IMG/VR virus record: IMGVR_UViG_3300022839_000007
Coordinates: 64,001-128,000 of that record
From: a virus
Reading direction: 5' to 3' (one strand)
Length of the DNA: 64,000 nucleotides
Under the pieces are notes generated by a model. That model did not search any database, had not been told where the DNA came from, and saw only the letters and a list, made by a program, of their open reading frames with translations. This document shows positions 20,000 through 29,101 of this stretch, one piece after another. The number at the start of each line of letters is the position of its first letter. Position 1 is the stretch's first letter. Made by a program: the position numbers and the translations under genes.

Positions 20000-21082
20000 T
20001 TATGCCGACTGTGCGGCTTTGATATACTTGCCGAACCGCTCGTGGAATTCGTCAAAACATTCAACTGCATCCGGATCAATTGGCAAGCTATATTGAGTAA
20101 GAGCCAACTTAATGCCCATCACAACCAACTCAGTGTCAAAGTTATCCATTGCAAACCGCAAAAAGTTATTCACCTTAGAATCAAACTTCTTGTCGTTTGC
20201 ATCACTTGCTGCCTTAAGCTCGTAACACAACGAAACAGTCAAGGAGTACATAGCACTGATCTCTTTGCTCTTCATCTCCTTAACACGCCCTGCTAGGATC
20301 TCACTCGGATCGGGCATCATCGAAGCAATTTTGCGGTGTGCCATAAACTTAACAGCTAGCCCTTCGCCCACTGCACCTGCAACCAAGTCGGTAGTAGTTG
20401 TCGAATCTACATTATCGTCTAGGAGATCGCTAACAAAACTCCAGCTACGAGGAGTAGCAAAGCTACGGCTCGAACTCTTTGGATCAAAATCATAAAGATC
20501 TTGTTTTGCAAATTGCAAGTAGCCTACTACGTCTTGGTGTACCTTGTTGTTAACAGCCCAGCCAAACCAGTCGTCAAAGTTAACAGCTAACTCCAAGTGG
20601 ATAAATCGGTTTGCAAGCGGCGCTGGCATGCGGTACGTTACGCCCTTATCTGCTTCTCTGTTACCAGCAGCAACAATCATTACATTGTCCGGCAGCTTGT
20701 ATGTACCAACACGCCGGTTCAATGTAAGCTGATAAGCCGCAGCTTGTACAGCGGGTGCTGCCGAGTTCATCTCGTCTAGAAACAATACAATGTGGTCGTA
20801 TTTTGCTGCCATTTCAGCGTTTGGCAATTCGCTAGGCGCACCCCAAACCATAGTGCCCTGGCTAGGATCGTAATACGGAATACCTTTGATGTCAGTAGGT
20901 TCCCAGAGGCTCAGTCGGATATCAATCAAATGACTATTGCTAAAGCTATCGCAAATTTGTGCAACAATGTCGGATTTACCAACGCCTGGAGGGCCCCATA
21001 GGAATACAGGACGTTTCTTTTTCATAGCAACCCGAAGGCTGTTCTTTGCTTTGCTAGGGCTAAGGGTACGTGCATCAGACAT
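20000..21082 (-). CDS. MoxR-like AAA+ ATPase
   Basis: GPPGVGKS Walker A, LFLDEMN Walker B, AAGN, PLANRF, TPRSW. Confidence 0.9.
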   Translation of the reverse strand: MSDARTLSPSKAKNSLRVAMKKKRPVFLWGPPGVGKSDIVAQICDSFSNSHLIDIRLSLWEPTDIKGIPYYDPSQGTMVWGAPSELPNAEMAAKYDHIVLFLDEMNSAAPAVQAAAYQLTLNRRVGTYKLPDNVMIVAAGNREADKGVTYRMPAPLANRFIHLELAVNFDDWFGWAVNNKVHQDVVGYLQFAKQDLYDFDPKSSSRSFATPRSWSFVSDLLDDNVDSTTTTDLVAGAVGEGLAVKFMAHRKIASMMPDPSEILAGRVKEMKSKEISAMYSLTVSLCYELKAASDANDKKFDSKVNNFLRFAMDNFDTELVVMGIKLALTQYSLPIDPDAVECFDEFHERFGKYIKAAQSA

Positions 21083-21131
21083 GATATTTTCCTTTGTCAG
21101 TGTCTATATTTCAGTTTGTTTCTACTTGTTA

Positions 21132-21160
21132 GTTATAGCATTAGTTGCTAGGTGTGTCAA
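21132..21160 (-). promoter_or_regulatory. sigma70-type promoter
   Basis: TTGACA-N17-TATAAC with extended TG. Confidence 0.65.
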
Positions 21161-21374
21161 CCAAGTTTTTAATAAACTTGTCAACACACTCGTGGAATGT
21201 GTCAAGAATTTCGTCTGACGTGTAATTGTCGTCAAACCGTGCCTTTGCAGACATGTATACATCGCCTTCTACATACGACATATTAATTTGGTCATCGGAC
21301 CAATTCTTTGGATCTTCCATAGATGCTGTAAATACATCTTCAATAAACTGTGATAGCGAAGTGTCATTTAACAT
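21141..21374 (-). CDS. Hypothetical protein
   Basis: 77-aa ORF, AAGGA SD. Confidence 0.6.
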   Translation of the reverse strand: MLNDTSLSQFIEDVFTASMEDPKNWSDDQINMSYVEGDVYMSAKARFDDNYTSDEILDTFHECVDKFIKNLVDTPSN

Positions 21375-21432
21375 TAGATTTCCTTTATACAGCGTTACAT
21401 TGTACGTAACTATAACACAGTAACAATTAAAG

Positions 21433-21828
21433 TCAATCAGTTTTGTTTAAACTTCGTCCTCTGGACAGCGCCTTTGCAATTCCATACTTTCGCATATCCC
21501 CACTAAATAACGCAAGTTCAACCGCTTTACGTTCACTAGTAACTACTATTTTTTTTGTATTAATGTAATATGGACAATCGATAAAATGGTCTAGATACAG
21601 TATTACTTGTGTAGTAAGGGGCATGTCGGCAGGAAACGGAATGTCATATGTTGTCATTTCTATTGTAGATAGCATATCTAATCCTGCTTCGGTAAGTCGA
21701 AGTCCGCCTGTTTTTTTTACTCGGGTGTTTTGCCACCATAAAGGAAAATATTCAATTACAGTAGCATCACTAACTGTTTTTCCTAATTGTTTTAAAAACA
21801 CTTTGGTGTAGACGGACTTATTCAGCAA
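21433..21828 (-). CDS. Conserved hypothetical phage protein
   Basis: WWQN..GGLRLT..CPYY; overlaps upstream gene end. Confidence 0.7.
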   Translation of the reverse strand: MLNKSVYTKVFLKQLGKTVSDATVIEYFPLWWQNTRVKKTGGLRLTEAGLDMLSTIEMTTYDIPFPADMPLTTQVILYLDHFIDCPYYINTKKIVVTSERKAVELALFSGDMRKYGIAKALSRGRSLNKTD

Positions 21829-22105
21829 CTTCTTCGCCGTCGGTTAATTTAAATACTGTAAATTCATCAGTTTTAAACATGATGTTCAATTTTTTTGCAA
21901 GGTTGTAAGCATGGCCGCTATTGCTAAAACTAGTCTTCTTATACTTAGCAGCAGACATTCCATTAAGTTCATTAAAACTTTTTAAATTGAAAGGAAGCTG
22001 TTGATAGAATACTGCCCAAATTGCATCTGCTTGCAGAATTTGCTCGCTTCGATAAGTTCTACCATTTGTAAATTCCATTAAAACAACCGGTGCCGGACGA
22101 CTCAT
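21818..22105 (-). CDS. Conserved hypothetical phage protein
   Basis: MSRP..KYKKTSFSNSGHA; GGAG SD and GATAAATA (22133-22140) upstream. Confidence 0.75.
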   Translation of the reverse strand: MSRPAPVVLMEFTNGRTYRSEQILQADAIWAVFYQQLPFNLKSFNELNGMSAAKYKKTSFSNSGHAYNLAKKLNIMFKTDEFTVFKLTDGEEVAE

Positions 22106-22135
22106 ACACGTACTCCATATTATATACGTATATAT

Positions 22136-22384
22136 TTATCTATTATTCCAGTTTCCAGCTTCTCCAATTCTAACTTCGATAATTTCGTTTGATGCGTTTG
22201 CATGTTCCTTTACAAATTGTTCTAACTCTCCGTTAAGACGTGCCATAACAATTCCTAGGGTAAAAGCAAGATTCTTTGCAGCAACAATGTCCATACGAAG
22301 TTCCTTTGACTTACTAATGTCAGCGCCATGTACTTGCTTGATAAATTGCTGAATAGCAACAGTATTAATTGGTTCAATTGGCAT
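22136..22384 (-). CDS. Hypothetical protein
   Basis: ORF in coupled operon. Confidence 0.7.
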   Translation of the reverse strand: MPIEPINTVAIQQFIKQVHGADISKSKELRMDIVAAKNLAFTLGIVMARLNGELEQFVKEHANASNEIIEVRIGEAGNWNNR

Positions 22385-22838
22385 GTCGTAATGCTGCCTT
22401 CATTTCAAACTCTGTCTTAAAGGGGCCTATATAAGTATTACGTTCGATTGTAATTAACTTTGGACAAAAGCTTTTAAGCCACGTTATGTCAAACTTGATT
22501 AAATAAAATCCTGCACAATAAGTACTACTTGACGTTTTGCTTTTAGTAAACAGCGGAAGTCCACGTGAAATATCGTACATACTGTTATAAGGAGTAACTC
22601 TTGTTGGATATCCATGTACATCGCTAGTTAATGTATTTTTTGGAATAGTAATTTTTGCTACTAGAAAATGACTTCCAAACTTTTTTCTTAGTTGAACTTC
22701 GTCTTTATAAAAGTCAACTTTGCCTTTGCTGGATAACATAAAGTTATCATTTTCTCTGGTAAGAGTTCCTACACGGACTCCTTCGTCTTCGAGTATCCAA
22801 AATTTGTTATCTAAAATTGGTTTAGCTGTTACTGTCAT
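22374..22838 (-). CDS. Conserved hypothetical phage protein
   Basis: PLFTKS..CAGFY..FCPKLIT..YIGPF. Confidence 0.75.
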   Translation of the reverse strand: MTVTAKPILDNKFWILEDEGVRVGTLTRENDNFMLSSKGKVDFYKDEVQLRKKFGSHFLVAKITIPKNTLTSDVHGYPTRVTPYNSMYDISRGLPLFTKSKTSSSTYCAGFYLIKFDITWLKSFCPKLITIERNTYIGPFKTEFEMKAALRHAN

Positions 22839-23818
22839 TTAATATACTTTGCTTGTAATGGAGTGGCATAACTAGATGCCTGATCTGCGATCCGTTGTAA
22901 ATCCCACTTGGCACAGAATTTCATAAGACGCATGCCTACTTGTGAAATATCCTTAGGCTCAACGCCGGCAACTGCATTATTAATAATTTCTCGTATTTCA
23001 GCAGGCTGCGCAGTTAAATCGCAAAGAATTACATTACGATTATAATCATCAAGCACTCGATGTTCTTGTTTTTTGTGATCGGTCCAGCGCTGTAGCATTA
23101 GGTTGTTCCAATTAAAGCCCTTGGTCTGCTTGTCTTCGAATGCTTCAATTAATCCTACTTTATTTTTAGTACCCTTTTTACGTACTCCTGGATATGCACT
23201 AAAAACGTTGTCACTAACATCTCCACGCATACACTTTTCAAATAACATAAAAGATGGATCTGGTGCAACTTTTGGATTGTTAGTCTTAGGATCGATTACA
23301 CGCTTTCCTTTATCAGTGAAATACCCTTCGTGAGTAATTGTAGTATTTGATACTCCGTTGTATTGCCTTACTGTAGGACTAATTAATTGTGCATAGTCGC
23401 CATCGGTGCTGATAATTATATGAGAATCATTTGGATGATTCTGCACCCACCCTGCAATTAAATCATCAGCCTCTAGCTGCGGATGTTGAACAACTGAACA
23501 ATTGGTTTTATCTACAATGAAGTTTTTAAACTCATCAAATATTTCAAAAAATATTCGATCCTCTTCTACTTGTGCAGTAGTAAGTGCAGCACGAAGTTCT
23601 TGTCTATTACGCTTATAAGGGGCGTAGAAGTCTTTTCGCCAACTACGCCCCTCGAGCATAAAGATGACATGATCAGCATCAAAGTCTTGCCACGCTTTTT
23701 TAATACTACTAAAAGTAACATGTAGTGCCATGCCTACTTTGGTATCAATATCGCCTCTCACAGCAAATTTTGCTCTAAAAAATAGATTCATGGTATCGAC
23801 AAGTATGTAAGTGGTCAT
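22835..23818 (-). CDS. 5'-3' exonuclease / T4 RNase H-like flap nuclease
   Basis: LVDTMN, SWRK..YK.NR, EADD, STDGD, GDVSDNV. Confidence 0.9.
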   Translation of the reverse strand: MTTYILVDTMNLFFRAKFAVRGDIDTKVGMALHVTFSSIKKAWQDFDADHVIFMLEGRSWRKDFYAPYKRNRQELRAALTTAQVEEDRIFFEIFDEFKNFIVDKTNCSVVQHPQLEADDLIAGWVQNHPNDSHIIISTDGDYAQLISPTVRQYNGVSNTTITHEGYFTDKGKRVIDPKTNNPKVAPDPSFMLFEKCMRGDVSDNVFSAYPGVRKKGTKNKVGLIEAFEDKQTKGFNWNNLMLQRWTDHKKQEHRVLDDYNRNVILCDLTAQPAEIREIINNAVAGVEPKDISQVGMRLMKFCAKWDLQRIADQASSYATPLQAKYIK

Positions 23819-24240
23819 GATACTTCGCTTTTATCTTTAGAAATAGGTGTTACGTTAATATACCCTGATCCTCGACTAGTGTCAAGTCCTTCTTGTTCCA
23901 ACATACTGTACACAATATCTCTAAACCATCTGTCTACAATCTCGTGCTCGGGGTCCATTTCTTCTCCATATCCGCCACGCCGCAGTTGTAAAATAAACAA
24001 GTCATTCCAATCTAGTTCAAAGAACCCGTTGCGAAGATTTTCTTCGTTAACTTGTACATTTAACACACTAACCCATGGCTCGCCTTTTTTGGTAGCATAC
24101 GCCTTAGGATCTTTTTTTTCTAGTAATGCTAGTTCCGCTGCTTCAACGTCTTTTACATCACTTTCTATTTTTGCTAGTCTTGCAGCAAGTTCTTTTTCTT
24201 TTGCTGTAATTCCGGTTATCTGTTTAAACCAATTTTTCAT
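23815..24240 (-). CDS. Conserved hypothetical phage protein
   Basis: GEPWV..GFFELDWN..IVDRWF. Confidence 0.75.
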   Translation of the reverse strand: MKNWFKQITGITAKEKELAARLAKIESDVKDVEAAELALLEKKDPKAYATKKGEPWVSVLNVQVNEENLRNGFFELDWNDLFILQLRRGGYGEEMDPEHEIVDRWFRDIVYSMLEQEGLDTSRGSGYINVTPISKDKSEVS

Positions 24241-24578
24241 TCGTTGGTGTACTTAATTGTTTTTTCAACTTTAAATCCTGCAAGTGCTTGCATGGTGCCG
24301 ATGTCGTTATTTTTGTCTGCAAATTCACTATACTTGATTATATTGCCTGGATCGAGCATATAAGCTATCTCTTCTGTTGATAAACAATCATTTTTATTTT
24401 TTTCTAAAATTTTATTACAGTAATCGATCTTAATTTGTTGAGAAGCAGAATACTCCGAAGGCACTACCACAGAATCGTCGATTATTGTAGTAGTGTTATC
24501 ATCTAACTTTTGAATAATTGACAATCTCTGTATAAATGTTGTCTCATCAAAATGGTTATAATAAATAATTTTTCTCAT
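24237..24578 (-). CDS. Hypothetical protein
   Basis: ATGA-coupled ORF. Confidence 0.6.
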   Translation of the reverse strand: MRKIIYYNHFDETTFIQRLSIIQKLDDNTTTIIDDSVVVPSEYSASQQIKIDYCNKILEKNKNDCLSTEEIAYMLDPGNIIKYSEFADKNNDIGTMQALAGFKVEKTIKYTNE

Positions 24579-24757
24579 AACTTTTTCCTTATTATGTTGT
24601 ACTGTTCCTCGGTAAGTTGGTTATCTTTTAATATTTCAACACCGGGACTAATTGAAATATAAGTCGACGTATATTCGTCTACTTCTTCGTTAATACTAGA
24701 TTTTTTAAACTTGTTTCTAATAATTGTTACTAGATTAAATATATTGTTTAGGTACAT
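24575..24757 (-). CDS. Hypothetical protein
   Basis: Small ORF filling the gap after queE. Confidence 0.5.
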   Translation of the reverse strand: MYLNNIFNLVTIIRNKFKKSSINEEVDEYTSTYISISPGVEILKDNQLTEEQYNIIRKKL

Positions 24758-24758
24758 A

Positions 24759-25655
24759 TTATGTCCCCCATGCATTACCATAAAGTTGTAAATGAAGTCT
24801 TGGAGAAAATCTCCAACCTTTTTCTAAACAAAGATCAGACACTTGCTTTTCGTTGAGATTATATTCGTCGCTATGCCCTCCAAGCGGCATAAGATATACC
24901 GGTGCTTCGATGCCAGCAGCACGATATTCTTGTACTGCCTTATTAGCTTCTTCGATGTCGACTCGATCTGCTACTACAAACTTAAAATAGAGGTGACTAT
25001 CATTAACACTAGCATATTCAGCCGCAACTCTAGGACATATAGCATCTTCCCACGATTCCCCACTAATGGACAGCTTTGGGCTACAACTCCATGTAAGATT
25101 AAATCTTGTTTGGGTATTAAGATAATTTTTAAAATCAGCTTGTAGGAATTGAGAAGTATTTGTCTCAAATGTAACATTTTTTAGATCAGCCATTTTTGGA
25201 TGTTCAAACAATTCAATGTACAACCGTTGCCACCCTAGTAGTGGCTCTCCTCCGGTTAAAATTAAATGAATGTCCTGCCCGTTGTCCATAGTCCATTTAC
25301 CGGCCGGAGTAAGTGCCAATAGTTTTTCAACAACTTCGTCAACTGAATCGCTATTTGTCATTTTCTTAAATTCAGGGTAGATGCTTGCATATGTATCGCA
25401 GCCAGTGTGTATAATAGGTAAGTCGGACAGTTTGGTAGCAGATGCAAGAATACCGCTGTCTAATAGTGCCTGAACTTCGCTATTGTGTTTGATTCCGTTT
25501 GCAGCTTTTTTGGCGCGACTAGGCTCGCCTCTGGGCAAACCAAAGTTCATACATCTAAAATTACACGAATATGTTCGTAAAAACACACTCGGGACTCCTA
25601 CAAACCGACCTTCGCCTTGTAGTGAAAAAAACATCTCTGTGTATTTTAATTTCAT
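24759..25655 (-). CDS. queE: 7-carboxy-7-deazaguanine synthase (radical SAM)
   Basis: EMFFSLQGEG..PSVFLR..CNFRC..GCDT, LTGGEP, FETN, SPK, FSPRLH. Confidence 0.9.
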   Translation of the reverse strand: MKLKYTEMFFSLQGEGRFVGVPSVFLRTYSCNFRCMNFGLPRGEPSRAKKAANGIKHNSEVQALLDSGILASATKLSDLPIIHTGCDTYASIYPEFKKMTNSDSVDEVVEKLLALTPAGKWTMDNGQDIHLILTGGEPLLGWQRLYIELFEHPKMADLKNVTFETNTSQFLQADFKNYLNTQTRFNLTWSCSPKLSISGESWEDAICPRVAAEYASVNDSHLYFKFVVADRVDIEEANKAVQEYRAAGIEAPVYLMPLGGHSDEYNLNEKQVSDLCLEKGWRFSPRLHLQLYGNAWGT

Positions 25656-26338
25656 CTTGATATAAACCCCTGTTGTAATTTAATATTGTCAAAGAATTCT
25701 TGTTTGGTACTAGCATCTGTTTTAAACGCACCCTTTAAAACAGTAGTTTGCGTAAGACTTGAATTTGCCATAATACCCCTATGCAAACAGCACCCGTGTT
25801 CGGCTTGTATATATACCCCGATATCGTTACTACCAGTTACTAGCATAATTTCACGCGCAATGTCTACAGCAAGTTCTTCTTGTAATGTGCCTCGTCTTGC
25901 ACACCATTGTGCGATACGAGTATACTTACTAAGTCCAATTAACTTGTCAGCAGCAAGAATTCCAATAAACGCAACTCCAGTAACCGGCTGGTGATGGTGA
26001 CTACACATACTGGTTACTTCGGCTCGTACCACCAGCATACCGTCGTAACCATGAACAGGATCGTTAGGAAATGCAGTTACATTAGGCATTGGTTGATATC
26101 TGCCGGACATTAATTCATTTATGTACATTTTAGCCAATCGTCTTCCGGTATCCATGCTATTAGGATCACGATGTCGATCAATTACCAGACTGTCTAATAC
26201 ATTTTCAAACTTGATAGTAAGTTCGTCTACTAGTTCGGGTAGATCTCCAGGTTGGATGTGTTTGGAAATATTATCACCTGCCCAGTATCTATCACCGGCA
26301 GTTTCAATCCGTTGTTTAATTCTTTCACTTGTCTTCAA
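25652..26338 (-). CDS. folE: GTP cyclohydrolase I
   Basis: SMCSHH, IGLSKYTR, LQEE, AEHGC..RG. Confidence 0.95.
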   Translation of the reverse strand: MKTSERIKQRIETAGDRYWAGDNISKHIQPGDLPELVDELTIKFENVLDSLVIDRHRDPNSMDTGRRLAKMYINELMSGRYQPMPNVTAFPNDPVHGYDGMLVVRAEVTSMCSHHHQPVTGVAFIGILAADKLIGLSKYTRIAQWCARRGTLQEELAVDIAREIMLVTGSNDIGVYIQAEHGCCLHRGIMANSSLTQTTVLKGAFKTDASTKQEFFDNIKLQQGFISR

Positions 26339-26401
26339 TTTATTTCTCCGAGTTTTGATCGAGGATGATCTTATAAAATATGGTACAACATATATACATA
26401 C

Positions 26402-26430
26402 ATTATACCGTATATTTAGGTCTTTGTCAA
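26402..26430 (-). promoter_or_regulatory. Consensus sigma70 promoter for folE-queE, with nested CTAAATA late-type box
   Basis: TTGACA-aagacctaaatatacgg-TATAAT. Confidence 0.75.
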
Positions 26431-26433
26431 CAT

Positions 26434-26634
26434 TTATTTAAAATATTTGTTTAACATTTCAATACGGTCGTTTGCCGAAGCCATTTTATCTAGTTCTAGT
26501 TGAATTGCTTCTACTATATCGCTATGTTCGCCAATTCCTACACTGTTATTCAAATATACCATTATGTTGGTTTTTGCTCTTTCTAGTTCGCCCTTGGCAT
26601 GCATTCTCGAAGCTTTAATTAGTTGTTGTTTCAT
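26434..26634 (-). CDS. Conserved small phage protein
   Basis: VGIGEHSDIVEAI motif. Confidence 0.75.
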   Translation of the reverse strand: MKQQLIKASRMHAKGELERAKTNIMVYLNNSVGIGEHSDIVEAIQLELDKMASANDRIEMLNKYFK

Positions 26635-27185
26635 TTTGTTCCTTTGTATTCGTATGGATATGTGTATTGGGTATGTGTTAGACTGTTATCAACTAGTTGA
26701 TAAGAGTAATCTACGTTGTCGTATGCGCTACTGAGATATTCTGTCATTACTGCAAATTTTACATTACGATGCCATACTGTATCCCAACTAGGATTGTTAG
26801 GAAAGCAACTGCTTTGCCAATCTTTTTTAATCCAGTTAAACGTAGCACCAGTATCACTAAAGTCGTCTACAATAAGTATATTCTTTCGTTGTTTGATATC
26901 CCAGCGGGCACCTGTAATTCCTGATGTAGGCAGATTATAACCAAATGCATCCTCGCTCATCCAGGTGTTACTTTCGTTATTCTCATTGTCGGCTGCATTA
27001 GTCAATTTAACTTTAAGAGTCTCCATCCGGATAGAAAGCTTATGACTGAGAATAGTAGCTAAAATTAATCCGCCTCGAGTAATTCCTACAATATAATCTG
27101 GACGCCACATGTCGGCATACATTTGTATGATAATATTATCCGCAGCGTCTTCTATATCGCTCCAAGTGTTCTTAACTAGTTTCAT
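26631..27185 (-). CDS. Type I phosphoribosyltransferase (purine PRT-like)
   Basis: IVGITRGGL; ILIVDDFSDTGAT PRPP-binding motif. Confidence 0.85.
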   Translation of the reverse strand: MKLVKNTWSDIEDAADNIIIQMYADMWRPDYIVGITRGGLILATILSHKLSIRMETLKVKLTNAADNENNESNTWMSEDAFGYNLPTSGITGARWDIKQRKNILIVDDFSDTGATFNWIKKDWQSSCFPNNPSWDTVWHRNVKFAVMTEYLSSAYDNVDYSYQLVDNSLTHTQYTYPYEYKGTK

Positions 27186-27463
27186 TTTAGTGATTCCAAA
27201 CTTAAACATTTAGCAACGTACTCGCCAATTTCTTGATCTTTATTTATAATATACATACTATTATTATTACGATCGGTTTTTGAATCGTAACGAGTAAACT
27301 CAAGTATTTGCCCGTTATTTGCATGATAAATACGAAAATTTAGAATAGCGTTTGTGTCTGGTCGATTTGATATACCAGACACACTCGCTGTTTTTGCAAA
27401 AACATTATCATAACTGTCTGCATCTTGTATCCACTTTAGTAATTTTCTTTTAAACCACTTCAT
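27182..27463 (-). CDS. Hypothetical phage protein
   Basis: Coupled ORF. Confidence 0.7.
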   Translation of the reverse strand: MKWFKRKLLKWIQDADSYDNVFAKTASVSGISNRPDTNAILNFRIYHANNGQILEFTRYDSKTDRNNNSMYIINKDQEIGEYVAKCLSLESLK

Positions 27464-27845
27464 TTTTGACAATATCCTTTATCATTTCAAATTGATCCTT
27501 TGCTTTTTGTAGCGCTGGATAGGTTTGAAGAAGAATTGTCAATTCTTCTTCTTCGCGCATTTTCTTAGTAACCCATCTTAACGTGTTTGTTATTTCAACT
27601 AGGTTAGCCTGAACCCATTCTACAGTATTCTCAACTTGATACGAAACTGCAATACCAGCCGATTCGCCTAAGTTAGGCTGCCATGTATTGGAGGTAGCGT
27701 TCCAATACTCAATAATAGTTCCGTTGATACGAAGGCTCCCGTCTACTACTGAAGTATTTTCTTCAACCTGTGCAGGGTAATAGCCATTAGGCAAGGTGTG
27801 TTGAATAGTAATGTGCTTACTGTTACTGTATAAATAAATTGACAT
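27450..27845 (-). CDS. Hypothetical protein
   Basis: 131-aa ORF; C-terminal YPAL..A helix similar to the next ORF. Confidence 0.65.
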   Translation of the reverse strand: MSIYLYSNSKHITIQHTLPNGYYPAQVEENTSVVDGSLRINGTIIEYWNATSNTWQPNLGESAGIAVSYQVENTVEWVQANLVEITNTLRWVTKKMREEEELTILLQTYPALQKAKDQFEMIKDIVKNEVV

Positions 27846-27881
27846 ATTAATACTTAATACCTTTGTTAAAATAAGATAGCA

Positions 27882-28193
27882 TTATGTTGACTCTTTTATT
27901 AGGATAAATGTGTTATAAGTTTCTAATGCTTGTTCATAATCATTTTTTAATTGTTTTAGTCGAGGGAACATTTCTTCCATTTTTACATTATGCTTCAATA
28001 AACGCAGCTCATTGCGTAGCTCGTCGAGCTCTGCTAATATATTTCTATTTGAAACTATTAACGAATCTGCTTTTATTACACTATTGTTTGTTGCCGTATC
28101 AATGAAGTATGACGGTACGTTTACCGAGGAGGATATACTATTAGTATTACCACTTATATTGGTAATTGATGAAACTATACCGGTATTATTCAT
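27882..28193 (-). CDS. Hypothetical protein
   Basis: 103-aa ORF adjoining the epimerase. Confidence 0.65.
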   Translation of the reverse strand: MNNTGIVSSITNISGNTNSISSSVNVPSYFIDTATNNSVIKADSLIVSNRNILAELDELRNELRLLKHNVKMEEMFPRLKQLKNDYEQALETYNTFILIKEST

Positions 28194-29057
28194 TTAATTA
28201 ATTTCTAATTTATATTGATCTAAACACATGTCTTCTAGTGTCTTAGATAGTATAACATATTTTGATAATATGTCAACTACACTATTAACTGCATCGCCTT
28301 GTCGCCGAGGTCCTACAACTTTATTTAATTTTGTATCAGTAACTTTTTCCATAGTATTAATTACGTCGAGTACACTATATCCAGTATTACTGCCTAGACA
28401 TTCGTAAGCAGTATTAGCCGGACCTGTTTCTACCGCGTTAAGAATAGCATTGCTAATATCTTCAACATGGATGTAATCACGTATGCAAGTACCGTCTTTG
28501 GTATTATAATCATTGCCGTATATATAAATTTTGTCTCTTTTACCTGCGGCATGTTCTGCAGCAATCTTAATTAAATGTGTAGCTGTACCGAGTTGCTTGT
28601 TAATTCCGTCTGTTCCGCTTACATTAAAGAAACGAAAGATAGTATAGCCACTTGCCTTTTCTTTAATGATGTCTTCGGCAGCTACTTTACTTCTTGCATA
28701 CGGTGATGCCATCTCCCACGCACTACTTGTACTTGCAAACAACACATGAGGAGTGGTTACATTGTCAAGTAAGTTAGAAGTACCAGTAACGTTTACACGG
28801 TAGTATTCGGTAGGAAATATCAAACTATCGGGTACAACACTTCTTCCTGCTAAATGTATTACGGCATCAAACGTTCCGCTTGCATATTGCTTGGTTATAT
28901 CAGTGTTATCATAATAGTCACAGTACCTAGATACATCGTTTGCACAACCGTGTATTTCCGTATCCCAGCCAATAACAGTATGACTTCTTTCTTTTAAAAG
29001 CTTACATACATGACTACCGATGTAACCACTTGCGCCTGTAACCAATACTTTCATCAA
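28194..29057 (-). CDS. galE: NAD-dependent sugar epimerase (GalE-like)
   Basis: TGASGYIG, YARSK, RFFNV, DGTCIRDYIHVED, RRQGD. Confidence 0.85.
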   Translation of the reverse strand: MMKVLVTGASGYIGSHVCKLLKERSHTVIGWDTEIHGCANDVSRYCDYYDNTDITKQYASGTFDAVIHLAGRSVVPDSLIFPTEYYRVNVTGTSNLLDNVTTPHVLFASTSSAWEMASPYARSKVAAEDIIKEKASGYTIFRFFNVSGTDGINKQLGTATHLIKIAAEHAAGKRDKIYIYGNDYNTKDGTCIRDYIHVEDISNAILNAVETGPANTAYECLGSNTGYSVLDVINTMEKVTDTKLNKVVGPRRQGDAVNSVVDILSKYVILSKTLEDMCLDQYKLEIN

Positions 29058-29101
29058 ATGCTTTCTCTTTGCTAGTTGCTTTATAATATACTATTTTTAT
29101 A

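Noticed and set aside
26339-26430. preQ1 riboswitch upstream of folE/queE
   Set aside because: No preQ1-I stem plus A-rich tail; the region is explained by a promoter and SD
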